Positions 46,416 through 57,054 of a stretch of DNA of 64,000 bases are shown here, piece after piece. The stretch covers positions 32,001 through 96,000 of the forward strand of contig JBMYOQ010000002.1 in the NCBI GenBank assembly GCA_049599475.1, given 5' to 3'. Numbering within the stretch: position 1 is the stretch's first letter; each line of letters begins with the position of its first letter. Source of the stretch: Opitutales bacterium (lineage in GTDB: Bacteria; Verrucomicrobiota; Verrucomicrobiia; Opitutales; JABSRG01). The translations under genes and the position numbers were made by a program. The notes below the pieces were generated by a model that was given only the letters and a program-made list of their open reading frames with translations, searched no databases and was not told the origin of the DNA.

Positions 46416-48641
46416 ATGCACTTTTCTCTTTCCAAGAGCGTGGTCGCCGTATGTGCCTGCTCACAAACTCTAATTTCATTCGCTCAGAATAGTTCCGAAG
46501 ACATTCAGGAGCTCGATAAATACACTGTCTCAGTGGGGCCTGTTCCTAGACTCGCTGAAGACTTTTCTCAGCCAGCGTCCATCCTAACATCAGAGGATCT
46601 GGAGAACGAAACTGCTGGGACCCTTGGCGGGATCCTGGCAGATCAACCAGGGCTCACAGCCAGCAGCTTCGGTGCAGGTGCGAGCCGCCCGATTATCCGC
46701 GGCTTCGATGGCCCCCGAGTTAAAGTCTTGCAGGCTGGACTCGAAGCGGTCGACGTCTCTTCTAGCAGCCCCGACCACGCGGTTTCTTTGGAGGCACTCC
46801 TCACAGACCGTATTGAAATTATCCGTGGACCTGCGGCTCTCCTTTATGGAAGCTCGGCAATTGGCGGTGTCGTCAATGTAGTAGGCTCGGATATCCCACG
46901 CGAATTTCGTGACGGCAGCTATGTCGGTGGGAAGGTTGAAGCGCGCTTCGACACGGTCTCCGAAGGTGAAACATTCCTCGCTCAAGGCACTGTAGGTGGC
47001 GACAACTGGGCGATTCGGGTGACAGGGCTCATGCGGGACGCTGAAGACTACGACATCCCAGGGTATGCCGAAATTCACTCCGATGAGGAGCACCATGATG
47101 AAGACGAAGAACATCATGATGAAGAGGAAGAGCACGACGAAGACGAACACGAAGAGGAGGAGCATCATGACGATGAGCACAGCGAAGAAGAAGTCTTCGG
47201 AACTCTCGAAAATAGCTTCGTCGAAACAGAATCTTACTCAGTAGGTGGCAGCTGGTTTTTCAATGATTCTAGCTTCTTGGGTGCTTCGATCTCTCAATAT
47301 GATTCCCTCTACGGAGTGCCTGGGCACGCCCATGAGCATGCTCACGAAGAGGAACATGATGAGGAGCACCATGACGAGGATGAAGAACATCATGATGAGG
47401 AAGAGCACGATGAAGAACATGGTGACGAAGAGGAGCATGGAGATGAGCACGGCGAAGAAGAGGAAATGGTCTCGATCGACCTCAAACGCACGCGCTTCAA
47501 TCTAGAACTATCCATGGGTGAACTGCCTGATTGGATCTCCGCACTGCGCGCACGTGCCTCTTACACTGACTACGAACACACTGAACTCGAAGGTGATGAA
47601 ATCGGAACGGTCTTTGAAAATGAAACAGCAGAGCTCCGCGTTGAAGCGCTGCATGGGTCATGGTTTGGGGCTGATGAGGGCGTTCTCGGGGCCCAATGGA
47701 AAGTAAGCTCATTCTCTGCAGATGGAGCTGAGGCGTTTGCGCCTGCATCTGAAACTGAAACAATGGCTGTATTTGTCTCAGAGCGCGTAGAGCTCGAGCA
47801 ATTGAGCTTCGAATACGGGGGCCGGTTGGAGCACCAAGATTCGGATGCAGAGAGCGATGCTTCAGATTATTCGGAAGTTGCTCTGAGCCTAGCTGTAGGA
47901 GCTGTGTATTCGATTTCAGATACAAACTCGGTAGCACTATCCCTCCAGCGTGCCCAGCGCCACCCTACAGCGATTGAGCTGTTTGCTGATGGTCCACACT
48001 TGGCGACCCGCCAGTACGAAGTCGGGGATGATTCTCTCGATATCGAAACGGCCCACAGTATCGACCTCAGCTACCGCTTAGACTCTGCGGATTGGGGAGG
48101 TAGCCTTACACTGTTCTTCGCGGATTTTGACGACTACATCTTTGCCGAAAATACCGGAGAAGAGGAAGACGAACTTCCCGTATACCAGTTCGGTGCAGTC
48201 GATGCGCGCTTCTGGGGTTTTGAAGGCGAGCTCGACCGTATTTTCGAAATGAGTCACGGAGCCGAGTTGAAATTGGGTGTCATTGGAGATTGGGTACGCG
48301 CAGAGGCGACAGATTCGAGCGAGGATCTGCCACGGATACCTCCATTGCGCCTGGGCGCGCGTATGTCTTACGATCTCGATGGTATTAGCCTGGGATTGAA
48401 GTTGAGACAGGCTTGGGACCAAGATCGTACCGGCGCCTTCGAGACAGAGACCGACGACTATACTGAATTTGATGCGACCCTCGCATACACCTTTGAGGCT
48501 TCTGAAAATGTGGATATGACGATCTTTATCCGTGGTGAAAATCTACTGGATGAAGAGATTCGCCACCATACTTCATACCTCAAGGATCTAGCTCCACTCC
48601 CAGGACGGAATGTGACGCTCGGAGCTCGCCTAGAGTTCTAA
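46416..48641 (+). CDS. TonB-dependent receptor, ZnuD-like, with two His/Glu/Asp-rich insertions
   Basis: GASRPIIRG, PDHAV, IEIIRGPAALLYG, HLAT..YE.G, HTSYLKD..P.PGR and C-terminal F. Confidence 0.92.
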   Translation: MHFSLSKSVVAVCACSQTLISFAQNSSEDIQELDKYTVSVGPVPRLAEDFSQPASILTSEDLENETAGTLGGILADQPGLTASSFGAGASRPIIRGFDGPRVKVLQAGLEAVDVSSSSPDHAVSLEALLTDRIEIIRGPAALLYGSSAIGGVVNVVGSDIPREFRDGSYVGGKVEARFDTVSEGETFLAQGTVGGDNWAIRVTGLMRDAEDYDIPGYAEIHSDEEHHDEDEEHHDEEEEHDEDEHEEEEHHDDEHSEEEVFGTLENSFVETESYSVGGSWFFNDSSFLGASISQYDSLYGVPGHAHEHAHEEEHDEEHHDEDEEHHDEEEHDEEHGDEEEHGDEHGEEEEMVSIDLKRTRFNLELSMGELPDWISALRARASYTDYEHTELEGDEIGTVFENETAELRVEALHGSWFGADEGVLGAQWKVSSFSADGAEAFAPASETETMAVFVSERVELEQLSFEYGGRLEHQDSDAESDASDYSEVALSLAVGAVYSISDTNSVALSLQRAQRHPTAIELFADGPHLATRQYEVGDDSLDIETAHSIDLSYRLDSADWGGSLTLFFADFDDYIFAENTGEEEDELPVYQFGAVDARFWGFEGELDRIFEMSHGAELKLGVIGDWVRAEATDSSEDLPRIPPLRLGARMSYDLDGISLGLKLRQAWDQDRTGAFETETDDYTEFDATLAYTFEASENVDMTIFIRGENLLDEEIRHHTSYLKDLAPLPGRNVTLGARLEF

Positions 48642-48707
48642 TCAAGCTCTGGTCGACCGAGATAGAATATCCTTCCTCATTTATTTCGAAGGGCATCGAA
48701 AACCAGC

Positions 48708-48740
48708 GGGGGGCTTCGTTTACGGAGCTCCCTTTTTATT
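48708..48740 (+). terminator. Intrinsic terminator after the TBDR
   Basis: gggggcttcg-ttta-cggagctccc followed by tttttatt. Confidence 0.75.
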
Positions 48741-48769
48741 GTACCGATTTACCGTCTCTTTTAATGCTT

Positions 48770-49036
48770 TAATACCGAATCCCGAAAATCTTGATCAAAA
48801 TAGGCAGAATTCAGAGGGCTTAGTGCGAGGCGCCTGAAATGGATTGGGTCGAGACCCTGTCCATTTCAGGGAACGCCGCAATCAGCCCTCTGAGTCTGTC
48901 CTTCGGATGTATGAAAATCGAAGTTTGCGGCGTTCCAGCATCAGTCAGGCATCCCGATGTCATCCTGATGCTGCGCCTTGCACTGCTTCGATTTTCATTA
49001 CACCTATTTGATCAATTTTTTCGGGATTCGGTATTA
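48770..49036. mobile_element. MITE-like element with ~34-bp terminal inverted repeats, TA ends and two internal hairpin arms
   Basis: Left end taataccgaatcccgaaaatcttgatcaaaatagg; reverse complement of the right end taataccgaatcccgaaaaaattgatcaaatagg. Confidence 0.8.
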
Positions 49037-49113
49037 GGCCCCTGATGGAGTCTTCGTTTTGCGGCAACGATCAGTCTTATACCTATGGGATCTTAGGATT
49101 GGGACGGGGGGAA

Positions 49114-50553
49114 CTACTTTGACTTTAATTTCTTCTCGAGACGGCCTTTGAATTCGGGGCGCTTGATGAAGTCGTCCAAATAAGGCTCGTATTCGGGAGT
49201 TAAATACCATTCGCGACGCGCGGGTTGATTGGGATCAACGGCGCCTTCTGGATAGTCTTTGCCTTGGATACTGGCTTGGACGCTTTCAAACCAGGCGGTG
49301 TAATCGGCCATCATCTTTTTGAAAAGCTCTGGGTGCTTGGATGATATGTCGGTGGATTCACTGGGATCATCGCTCAAGTTGTATAGGGTGAATTTGCCCT
49401 TTTTCTTTTTCTCAGACACGAGTTTGAAATCGTTGTCAATGAGGGCTGCAGCATCCTTGTAGAAGAAGGCTAGTGGAGCTGGTCGCTCTTCAATCTCTTG
49501 GGTAAACAGAGATGCTAGGCTGATGCCATCGAGCGGTTTCAGCATGGCAGAATCGGGGAGACCTGCGAGTTCTGCGATGGTTGGAAAAATATCCATGGTG
49601 GCCGCAGGGTAATCTGTGATGCGTGGTTTGATTTTCGCGGGCCATTCGATGATGCCTGGGACACGTATTCCGCCTTCCCAGATATCGCCTTTGTAGCCTC
49701 TGAGGCCGCCTACTGTATTGGGTTTTACCTTATCGAGTCCGCCGTTGTCACTGCAGAACCATACAATCGTGTTTTCTGCGACTCCGAGGTCGCGTAAGCC
49801 TTGGCGCAGTACACCGACACTGCGGTCAAAGGCTACGAGTTCGCCGTGATGTTTTTGACTGCCAGTATCTAGTTCCGAAAAGGGGGCCATGTCCGCTTCA
49901 GTGGCGACGAAGGGGCTGTGGGGGGAACCGTCCCAAACGACTGCAAAGAAGGGCTTCTTTGCCTCCACGGATTCTTGGATGAATTTAAGCGATTCGCGCG
50001 CGATAATATCCGAGCTGTCTCCTGTGAATTCTTCGAATTCGCCCTTGCGGCTCATCAGGGGATCAATGTCGAAGAAGTTCGTGACCGTGAGCCATTCCTC
50101 AAAACCGAAGGCGCCAGGACCGTGGGTGTCTTCTTTGAGGATGGGCGCTCCGGGGCCACGAAGGGCATTTAGATGCCATTTACCGAAATGCCCCGTGGCA
50201 TATCCGGCGTCTTTGAGAGCTTGCGCAATTGTCTTCTCCTGAAGGCGCAGAGCGTATCCGTGATCGGGCACTCCGGTGCGCGGTGCCTGGCGCCCAGTGA
50301 GGACCGTTGCGCGTGTGGGAGAGCACACGGGGGCACCTGCATAGAAGCGGTCGAAACGCAGCCCATTTTCGGCCATAGCGTCGAGATTCGGCGTCTTCAG
50401 ATAGGGATGTTTATAGTAACCGGTTTGCCCCCATCCCTGGTCGTCGGTCATCACGAGCACGATGTTGGGGCGCTCTTCAGCGGGAGAGAAACTCAGAATT
50501 GATAGGAAACTAGCAACGCATGCTAGTCGGCGGATTGTATGGATCATCTGCAT
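49114..50553 (-). CDS. Secreted sulfatase (S1 family)
   Basis: Signal peptide, [25 protein letters not shown] and SDNG. Confidence 0.93.
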   Translation of the reverse strand: MQMIHTIRRLACVASFLSILSFSPAEERPNIVLVMTDDQGWGQTGYYKHPYLKTPNLDAMAENGLRFDRFYAGAPVCSPTRATVLTGRQAPRTGVPDHGYALRLQEKTIAQALKDAGYATGHFGKWHLNALRGPGAPILKEDTHGPGAFGFEEWLTVTNFFDIDPLMSRKGEFEEFTGDSSDIIARESLKFIQESVEAKKPFFAVVWDGSPHSPFVATEADMAPFSELDTGSQKHHGELVAFDRSVGVLRQGLRDLGVAENTIVWFCSDNGGLDKVKPNTVGGLRGYKGDIWEGGIRVPGIIEWPAKIKPRITDYPAATMDIFPTIAELAGLPDSAMLKPLDGISLASLFTQEIEERPAPLAFFYKDAAALIDNDFKLVSEKKKKGKFTLYNLSDDPSESTDISSKHPELFKKMMADYTAWFESVQASIQGKDYPEGAVDPNQPARREWYLTPEYEPYLDDFIKRPEFKGRLEKKLKSK

Positions 50554-50565
50554 TTTAAATTTTGC

Positions 50566-52149
50566 TTATTCGAAAGTGGGTAATTTCCAGTTCTCCGGGT
50601 ATTTCTTGGTGTGCAAATTTTTCCAGGCATCCCAGTGGTCTTCGGGACGTTCGCTGCCTGCCGGTTTCCTTTGTTTGATTGGAAGCCTATCTTTGTGTTC
50701 GGCCAATGTGTGCCAGCGCGCGGCCATGGCCTTTACACGTTCAGGATGCACGTCCGAGAGGTTGTATTGCTCAAAGCGATCTTCGGCGATGTTGTATAGC
50801 TCCCATTTGTGCCCGTAGAAACTGACAATTTTCCAATCGCCCTGGCGTAGGGCTCTGCAGAGGCCAAACCGGAAGTAAAGCTCCTCGTGTGGCTCGCGTG
50901 TTTTTCCTCGGAAAAGAGGGATGAGTGACTTGCCTTGGAGTGGCTCAATGTCCGAAGAATTTGGATACTGCGCCCCTGATATTTTGAGACAAGTTGCCAT
51001 CACGTCAATGACGTGTGCTTGGCTGCGCTCCCATGTCCCCGTGGCGGTGAGACCTTGAGGCCAGTGTGCGATGAAAGGGGTGGAAATACCTCCTTCGTGC
51101 TGAGTTTGCTTGTAGTGGAGCAGGGGCGTATTTCCAACCGTAGCCCAGCTGCTATCGTAGACATAGTAAGAATGCGCTTTCCATGGCTCTATATGAAGAT
51201 TCTTACTGCGGTCAAAGGGACATGCGCCGTTGTCAGACAAGATCATTACGAGGGTGTTCTCGTAGGCTCTTTGCTCTTTGAGGTAGTCAAGAAGGCGCCC
51301 GATTGCGGCGTCTGCGTGGTCGACCATTGCAGCGTAGATCGCCATGCGAAAGCTTTCGAACTCCTGTGCCTCGGCGCTCAATTCATCCCAGGCTTTCATA
51401 TGATTGGGGATACGGGGGAGATCCTGGGAGTCGTCGAAGAGTCCGAGTCTCTTTTGTTTCAAAAACCTCTGCTCTCTGATGGTTTCCCAGCCTATGTCGT
51501 ATTTATTCAAATACTTTTTGATCGACTCTTTGGGCGCTTGAAGTGGGTAGTGTGGGGCGTTGAATGCAAGATAATGGAAAAAGGGTTTTCCGCTATCGAG
51601 CGCTTCGCCGATGAATTTTTCTGACCACTCTACGTTAGCATCTGTTAGGTAAAAATCGTCGTCGAAATCGTTCCAGAATTCACCGTTTAAGCGGAAAGTT
51701 TTGTCTCCTTTGAAGAAATCGGTGGCGCCAGACAGATGGCCCCAGTAGCGCTCGAAACCGAAGTCGGTGGGTTCCTTGGATAAATGCCATTTTCCGGCCA
51801 TCGAAGTGAAATAGCCTGATTCGCCGAGGACTTGTGCGATGGTGGTGCCGCGGTGAAGTTTGCTATCGCCTGCTTGATTGGTATAGAGTCCGGTTAGCAG
51901 GCTCACGCGTGTGGCATGGCATTTGGATGTGTTGTAAAACTGTGAGAAGCGTAGTCCTTGCTCGGCGAGTTCATCGATACGGGGTGTTTCGATTTCACTT
52001 CCGTAGCAGCCTAGGTCTGCAAAGCCCAGGTCGTCCAACATGATGAGCAAGATGTTGGGGCGCTCTGCCTGGGCATTCTGAGCCTGCACCAGGAACAGGC
52101 ACAGGCTCAGGAGAAGACTGCTAATTACCTTAAGATGTGAGCGAGGCAT
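50566..52149 (-). CDS. Secreted arylsulfatase (S1 family)
   Basis: PNILLIMLDD, CHATRVSLLTG, GKWH and APHYPLQA. Confidence 0.93.
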   Translation of the reverse strand: MPRSHLKVISSLLLSLCLFLVQAQNAQAERPNILLIMLDDLGFADLGCYGSEIETPRIDELAEQGLRFSQFYNTSKCHATRVSLLTGLYTNQAGDSKLHRGTTIAQVLGESGYFTSMAGKWHLSKEPTDFGFERYWGHLSGATDFFKGDKTFRLNGEFWNDFDDDFYLTDANVEWSEKFIGEALDSGKPFFHYLAFNAPHYPLQAPKESIKKYLNKYDIGWETIREQRFLKQKRLGLFDDSQDLPRIPNHMKAWDELSAEAQEFESFRMAIYAAMVDHADAAIGRLLDYLKEQRAYENTLVMILSDNGACPFDRSKNLHIEPWKAHSYYVYDSSWATVGNTPLLHYKQTQHEGGISTPFIAHWPQGLTATGTWERSQAHVIDVMATCLKISGAQYPNSSDIEPLQGKSLIPLFRGKTREPHEELYFRFGLCRALRQGDWKIVSFYGHKWELYNIAEDRFEQYNLSDVHPERVKAMAARWHTLAEHKDRLPIKQRKPAGSERPEDHWDAWKNLHTKKYPENWKLPTFE

Positions 52150-52167
52150 TCAGTTCTCTAGGAAGAT

Positions 52168-53973
52168 TTAATATTTGGTAGCCAGATAGCCTAAAAAGCG
52201 CGCGATGTAGCCGCGCGGCTCTTTCGTGAAGGTGAGGCTGTTTACACGTTCGACGAGTTCCTTTCCATTATCGCCCATCCAGTCGATGATATTAAGGGCG
52301 GTTAGGGTGGCGTAGGAGTTTTGCTCGATCAGAGAGATCAGTGTGTCGGCTCCCGCTTCGGTGTCTCCGGTCTTGTATGCAAGCCATGCTGCCATCGCGC
52401 GCACTTCGTCTGAACTGTCCTTCATGGCGGTTGCGGCAACATCGGAATGGTTTAGTAGGAAACATCCGACAATTGCCCAGTACCGCTGGCCTACGTCTGG
52501 GCTGGCCAATAGGGATTCTAGCGCCGGGATATTTGCCGGATCTTCCGCGAGCGCGAGGTCAGCCGCGTCCAATAATGCGGGAAGGTTATAGAGGGATGGA
52601 GTGCGTGCGATTTCATAGGCGGTCAGGCCGGTTTCCTCGATGAGTTCAGCCATTTCCAACTCTGTAATCAGTCCCGTGTCGTTGTACTTAAGTTGTTGGC
52701 GACGGAGCTCTTTACGCAGCTTCTTCATAATCGATGCGTATTCAGGGTCGGCAGACAGGTTGTTTACATTGTCTGGATCTGTGCGCATATTGTAGAGCTC
52801 TTCGGTGACTGCGCGTGGCTTGAAGAATTTTGACTGTGCTTCATCGGTTTGCCCTTCCTTGTAGGCTTTTTCCCATGCCTGGCTGGCTGCCATGCGCCAA
52901 AGATAGTCTAGACGCTGCATCCAAGGAACGTATGGCATGTAGTTGCGGATGTATAGGAAGTCACCATCAGTAATCGCACGCGCATTGTCTAGGCGCTCAT
53001 CGGTGCGTCCCCGGAAGGCAAAGTGGTAATCACGCTTTGAGGTATCGTTTTTGCCAAGAAATACACGGCCTTGCATGGAATCTGGAATTTCAGATCCGGT
53101 GATGCTCAACCAGGTCTTAGGCATATCGACAAAGCTTACGATATCATCGATTTTGCTCCCTGGAGCTTCGGCGGGATAGAGATGTTTGAACTTCTCGGGG
53201 ATACGCACTATGAGGGGGCAGTGTATCCCTGATTGGAAGATGAAGCGTTTGCTACGAGGCAGAACACCGCCGTGGTCGGATACGTAGATGACAATTGTAT
53301 TCTCCGCCAAACCGAGTGACTCAAGCTTCGCAAGGGCTTCCCCGATCTTGGTGTCCATGCGTTTCACCGCATCATGGTATAAGGCATAATTTTTACGCAT
53401 GTCCGGCACATCTGGGTGGTAGGCGCGGAGCTGAGTATTCGCGGGATCGTGCAGAGTGCCCTCTATAGACTTAAAGGCGCGACTCTCGTGTGAATCTTTG
53501 TGGTTCAATACTTGGAAAAAAGGCTGTTTCTCAACGAGCTTATCCCATTCGATTTTACCATGATGGTCCCAGGGATCACTATCCTTACGGCCGCCTATGT
53601 TGAAATCGGTCTTTTCGTCATTAGCGACGTAGTATCCGTTTTTGCGGAGCTGATCGGGATAATAAGGAATTTTGTCATGTGGGATCTCATACCGGCTACG
53701 CATTGGGTAAGTGCCATTGGCAATTGAAAGCATCCCGGTGATCCATGTGCTGCGCGATGGGGCGCACACTGGCGCATTGGCGAAGCAGTTCATGTACTGG
53801 AAACCATCCTTTGCCATTTGATCGATATTGGGAGTATCGGCATGTGGGTTTCCGTAGGCGCCTACCCAATTAATGTTATTATCCTCACTGGTCAGCCAAA
53901 GGATGTTTGGGCGATCTTCGCCGAAAAGGCTAGCTGCGGTAAATAAGAGAAGGAAGATGGGGGATTTTTTCAT
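52168..53973 (-). CDS. Secreted sulfatase with C-terminal HEAT-like helices
   Basis: PNILWLTSED, CAPSRS..ITG and SDHG. Confidence 0.92.
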   Translation of the reverse strand: MKKSPIFLLLFTAASLFGEDRPNILWLTSEDNNINWVGAYGNPHADTPNIDQMAKDGFQYMNCFANAPVCAPSRSTWITGMLSIANGTYPMRSRYEIPHDKIPYYPDQLRKNGYYVANDEKTDFNIGGRKDSDPWDHHGKIEWDKLVEKQPFFQVLNHKDSHESRAFKSIEGTLHDPANTQLRAYHPDVPDMRKNYALYHDAVKRMDTKIGEALAKLESLGLAENTIVIYVSDHGGVLPRSKRFIFQSGIHCPLIVRIPEKFKHLYPAEAPGSKIDDIVSFVDMPKTWLSITGSEIPDSMQGRVFLGKNDTSKRDYHFAFRGRTDERLDNARAITDGDFLYIRNYMPYVPWMQRLDYLWRMAASQAWEKAYKEGQTDEAQSKFFKPRAVTEELYNMRTDPDNVNNLSADPEYASIMKKLRKELRRQQLKYNDTGLITELEMAELIEETGLTAYEIARTPSLYNLPALLDAADLALAEDPANIPALESLLASPDVGQRYWAIVGCFLLNHSDVAATAMKDSSDEVRAMAAWLAYKTGDTEAGADTLISLIEQNSYATLTALNIIDWMGDNGKELVERVNSLTFTKEPRGYIARFLGYLATKY

Positions 53974-54136
53974 TAAAATATGTTTAAAATTCACTATTTA
54001 AACAAAATATTTAATTTTGTCTCGAATGGAAGTCTTTTGAAAGATCGGGGTCTGCTCTTCGTGAACACCGGAGCCTCCGCTAAAGTAGCAATTTTAGCGA
54101 ATTTTCTTTCTCTAAGAGTACCGTTCTCTGGTCGCT

Positions 54137-56791
54137 TTAGTTCGAGTCGGAGGGCTTGTTTGAAAGCCGAAAGAATTTTTTCCCTAAACTGGCAGTCTCC
54201 ATTTCTGGGGAAAATTCTATATAAAGCCCCGATGCTATGGCTGAGTCTTTGTCTTCCCAGTTTTTGAGATTCTGGCTCTGCTGTAAAAAGTAAGTCTGGC
54301 CGAATAGGCTGGGACTTTTGATTCTGAGTTCGTTGAGGCCCGTGTCTAAGTTCTGAACGATTTTAGATTCGGAGATTTTGAGAGGCACTTGTTGGATAGT
54401 GATTTGTATGGAACCGATTCCTGTAGGCTTGATCCCGATACCGTTGCTATCGGTGTCGTCAGCAATTCTCAGAAGAATACCATAGTTGCTATTCGGATCC
54501 TCATACCAAGATCGGACTGTTTGTGTGATATCAAATTGATACGTTTTTTCCAAATTTCCATCTAAGTCTGTATGGATCTCACCTCCATCAATGACGTCTC
54601 CTCGGGTCGTGATTCCGTAGGGAGGCGTGGGACTTCCGCTAGGGTTCCATGCTTCGTTGAGGGCGAGTGCTTCTATACTTGCCGCTTGGCTTCCGTTTAC
54701 TGAATACGCTTGGAAACTCATGTGCGCGCTTGAGATCGGGCCATCGAGTTTCTGGGGTAAGTTGAAATTTACCAGTGCGCGGACGCGTTGGCTGGTGTTG
54801 CTATGCCCGCGGGCATAGAGGGTCGTTGTATATGGAGAGCCCGAGAATGTGCTGAGGTTGTTTCCATCCGTGGCAGGGCTGGTGTTGGTGCTGTCTACGG
54901 TTGTCCACGATGAGGCGGGAACGCTGTCTATGGATAGCGAATAGGGGAGCACGAAATCTTGAGCTGAAACGCTGTTTGAGGCCGTGCTAGGTTCTCCGGA
55001 TAGACCGATCGCAGAGCCCGCAGGTAGAGACATGCTAATCGTGTCAGCGGTCGGCACGATATACACGGTGTAGCTGCTTCCGGTGCCGCTCACATTTTCT
55101 GCGACGCCCCCAGTCACAGCGAAGTCAGAGGGAGACAGCCCGGTAACAGGTTTGCTGAAATTTACGGTGAAAGGCACTGGGGCCGTTGCGCCGTGGGCGG
55201 GAGCCGTGATGGTGGCAGATGGGCGGCTCGGGTGAATATAGAGTGTATCGTCGGGAATGGTTGCGTGCCAGGCATTCAGCTCTGATAGCATGTTATTGAA
55301 GACGTCTTGAATATCTTGGGGCCTGGATGCTAGGTCGGTGTCTGTTGCGAGCGGAGTGAGCTCAGTTTCTTCAGGACTGAGAGTCATGTCATAAAGTTGA
55401 AATTCTCCTCCTCCATTGCTGATCATTTTGTATTCCTCGGTCATCCAAGCTAGATCGGCACGAGATGCTTTATTGTGGCGAAATCCGACGGGTGTGCTGC
55501 GGGCGTTGGCTCGATCCTCAATCACTGGGCGAAGAGAAATGCCGTCCAATGCTTTGAGTCCGTCGTAGTTGATATCTAGATAATCCAGGATTGTGGGGAG
55601 GTAATCGCTGGTGACGGCGACAAAATCAGTGCGGCGTGCGTTGGGTATTGCTGCGGGCCATTCGAGCAGTCCAGGAACACGGATGCCGCCTTCCCAGAAA
55701 GTCTGTTTCCGTTGATAATAACCACCGGCTCGGATCGCTCTATTATTGTTTTGTTCGTTGGGCGAGTCGTAGCCTTTCTCGGGGCCATTATCGCTGGTAA
55801 ACCATAACATCGTATTGTCCTGCACACCGAGAGTTTGTAGGGAATTTCGTAGATTCCCCAGGGCTGTATCCATATCTTCTAGTGTGCGTTTTACGGTATC
55901 GGGATGGTTCTTACATTCGATCTCGAGGGGGTCGACCAAGGGCGAGTGGGGGGTGTTATACCACAGCACTACAAAAAAGGGTTTTTCGGCATCGACTGCG
56001 TCTTCGATGAAGGCGATTGCTTGGTCGGTAAGGAGTTTCGATGTGTCCCCGTCGGAGAGATTGTTTACTTCTTCGAGTGTCGCAGGCGTACCTTCTTGTG
56101 CTGTCTCCCAGACACCTTCCGGCATCTTCCAGTAATACGTGCCGTAGAAACTGGGATCGCTAATATGGTAGCTCAGTAATTTATTATTCACTACAACGTC
56201 TGTCTCAAATTGAGTGGGGAGTGGGTCGCCGTTTACCGGCATTCTGTAAGGGTGATAAGTCGGTAGGCTACCGATGCTCGCAAAGCAGGCGTCGTATCCG
56301 TGTTGCCATGGGGCCGAAAATTCAGACGGAGGTTTTCCACTGTTTGTGCCATCTTCTCGGATTTGAGACATTTTTCCGAGGTGCCATTTCCCGAAGTGCC
56401 CGGTGGTATATCCATGTTCGCTTAGGATCTCTGAGAGCGGTGTCTCATCGATGCCTAATTTACCCTTGCCGGCTCCAGTGACACCGACTCGGAATGGGTT
56501 GCGCCCGGTCAAACAGCTCGCTCGGGTGGGCGAGCAGACGCCAGAGGCTGAATAGAAACGATCGAAACGGAGACCATTGGCTGCCATGGCATCCGAATTC
56601 GGCGTAGAGATCCATCCGCGATCTGGGTGTGGCGAACCGTTGGGAAGATTTACATCTTGGCTGACATAGGATGGGTCTCCGTAACCCATATCGTCTGCCA
56701 TCACGAGGATGATATTCGGGCGCGTGGACGAAGCCTGCGCGTACAAGGAAAGGCAGCAGGCAAACACGGATAGTGTTCTGAACAAGGTCAT
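54137..56791 (-). CDS. Multidomain secreted sulfatase (sulfatase + Ig-like + DNRLRE/CBM-like + C-terminal tail)
   Basis: CSPTRASCLTG; FTVNFSKPVTG Ig-like segment; FDITQTVRSW...NYGILL. Confidence 0.9.
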   Translation of the reverse strand: MTLFRTLSVFACCLSLYAQASSTRPNIILVMADDMGYGDPSYVSQDVNLPNGSPHPDRGWISTPNSDAMAANGLRFDRFYSASGVCSPTRASCLTGRNPFRVGVTGAGKGKLGIDETPLSEILSEHGYTTGHFGKWHLGKMSQIREDGTNSGKPPSEFSAPWQHGYDACFASIGSLPTYHPYRMPVNGDPLPTQFETDVVVNNKLLSYHISDPSFYGTYYWKMPEGVWETAQEGTPATLEEVNNLSDGDTSKLLTDQAIAFIEDAVDAEKPFFVVLWYNTPHSPLVDPLEIECKNHPDTVKRTLEDMDTALGNLRNSLQTLGVQDNTMLWFTSDNGPEKGYDSPNEQNNNRAIRAGGYYQRKQTFWEGGIRVPGLLEWPAAIPNARRTDFVAVTSDYLPTILDYLDINYDGLKALDGISLRPVIEDRANARSTPVGFRHNKASRADLAWMTEEYKMISNGGGEFQLYDMTLSPEETELTPLATDTDLASRPQDIQDVFNNMLSELNAWHATIPDDTLYIHPSRPSATITAPAHGATAPVPFTVNFSKPVTGLSPSDFAVTGGVAENVSGTGSSYTVYIVPTADTISMSLPAGSAIGLSGEPSTASNSVSAQDFVLPYSLSIDSVPASSWTTVDSTNTSPATDGNNLSTFSGSPYTTTLYARGHSNTSQRVRALVNFNLPQKLDGPISSAHMSFQAYSVNGSQAASIEALALNEAWNPSGSPTPPYGITTRGDVIDGGEIHTDLDGNLEKTYQFDITQTVRSWYEDPNSNYGILLRIADDTDSNGIGIKPTGIGSIQITIQQVPLKISESKIVQNLDTGLNELRIKSPSLFGQTYFLQQSQNLKNWEDKDSAIASGLYIEFSPEMETASLGKKFFRLSNKPSDSN

Positions 56792-56981
56792 AGATGGGGG
56801 GATTGAAGTCGAGCGCTTAGGTAAGCAACTTAGCTAGCGTAGACCCTATCATTAGGGCGCATTTATGAAAACTCTATCAACTGTTGAATCATGGCTGCTT
56901 TCTGATGAAAACGTGTATGTGTGTCGTGGGTCCTATGGGTGTAAGGAGTGTTCGGTCCTTGATTATAATAATCCCTCTTAC

Positions 56982-57009
56982 TTGACAAAATTTAGTAAAT
57001 AAATTTAAT
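56982..57009 (+). promoter_or_regulatory. Sigma70-like promoter with an overlapping palindrome
   Basis: TTGACA-16 nt-TTTAAT; AAATTTA-gtaaa-TAAATTT at 56988-57006. Confidence 0.5.
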
Positions 57010-57054
57010 TGCGAACTGCCTCCCCCGCTTCAGCTAAAACTACCTCTTTACCCC

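Noticed and set aside
51880..51925. Sulfatase motif CHATR lacking Pro
   Set aside because: It fits the accepted [C/S]-x-[P/A]-x-R signature
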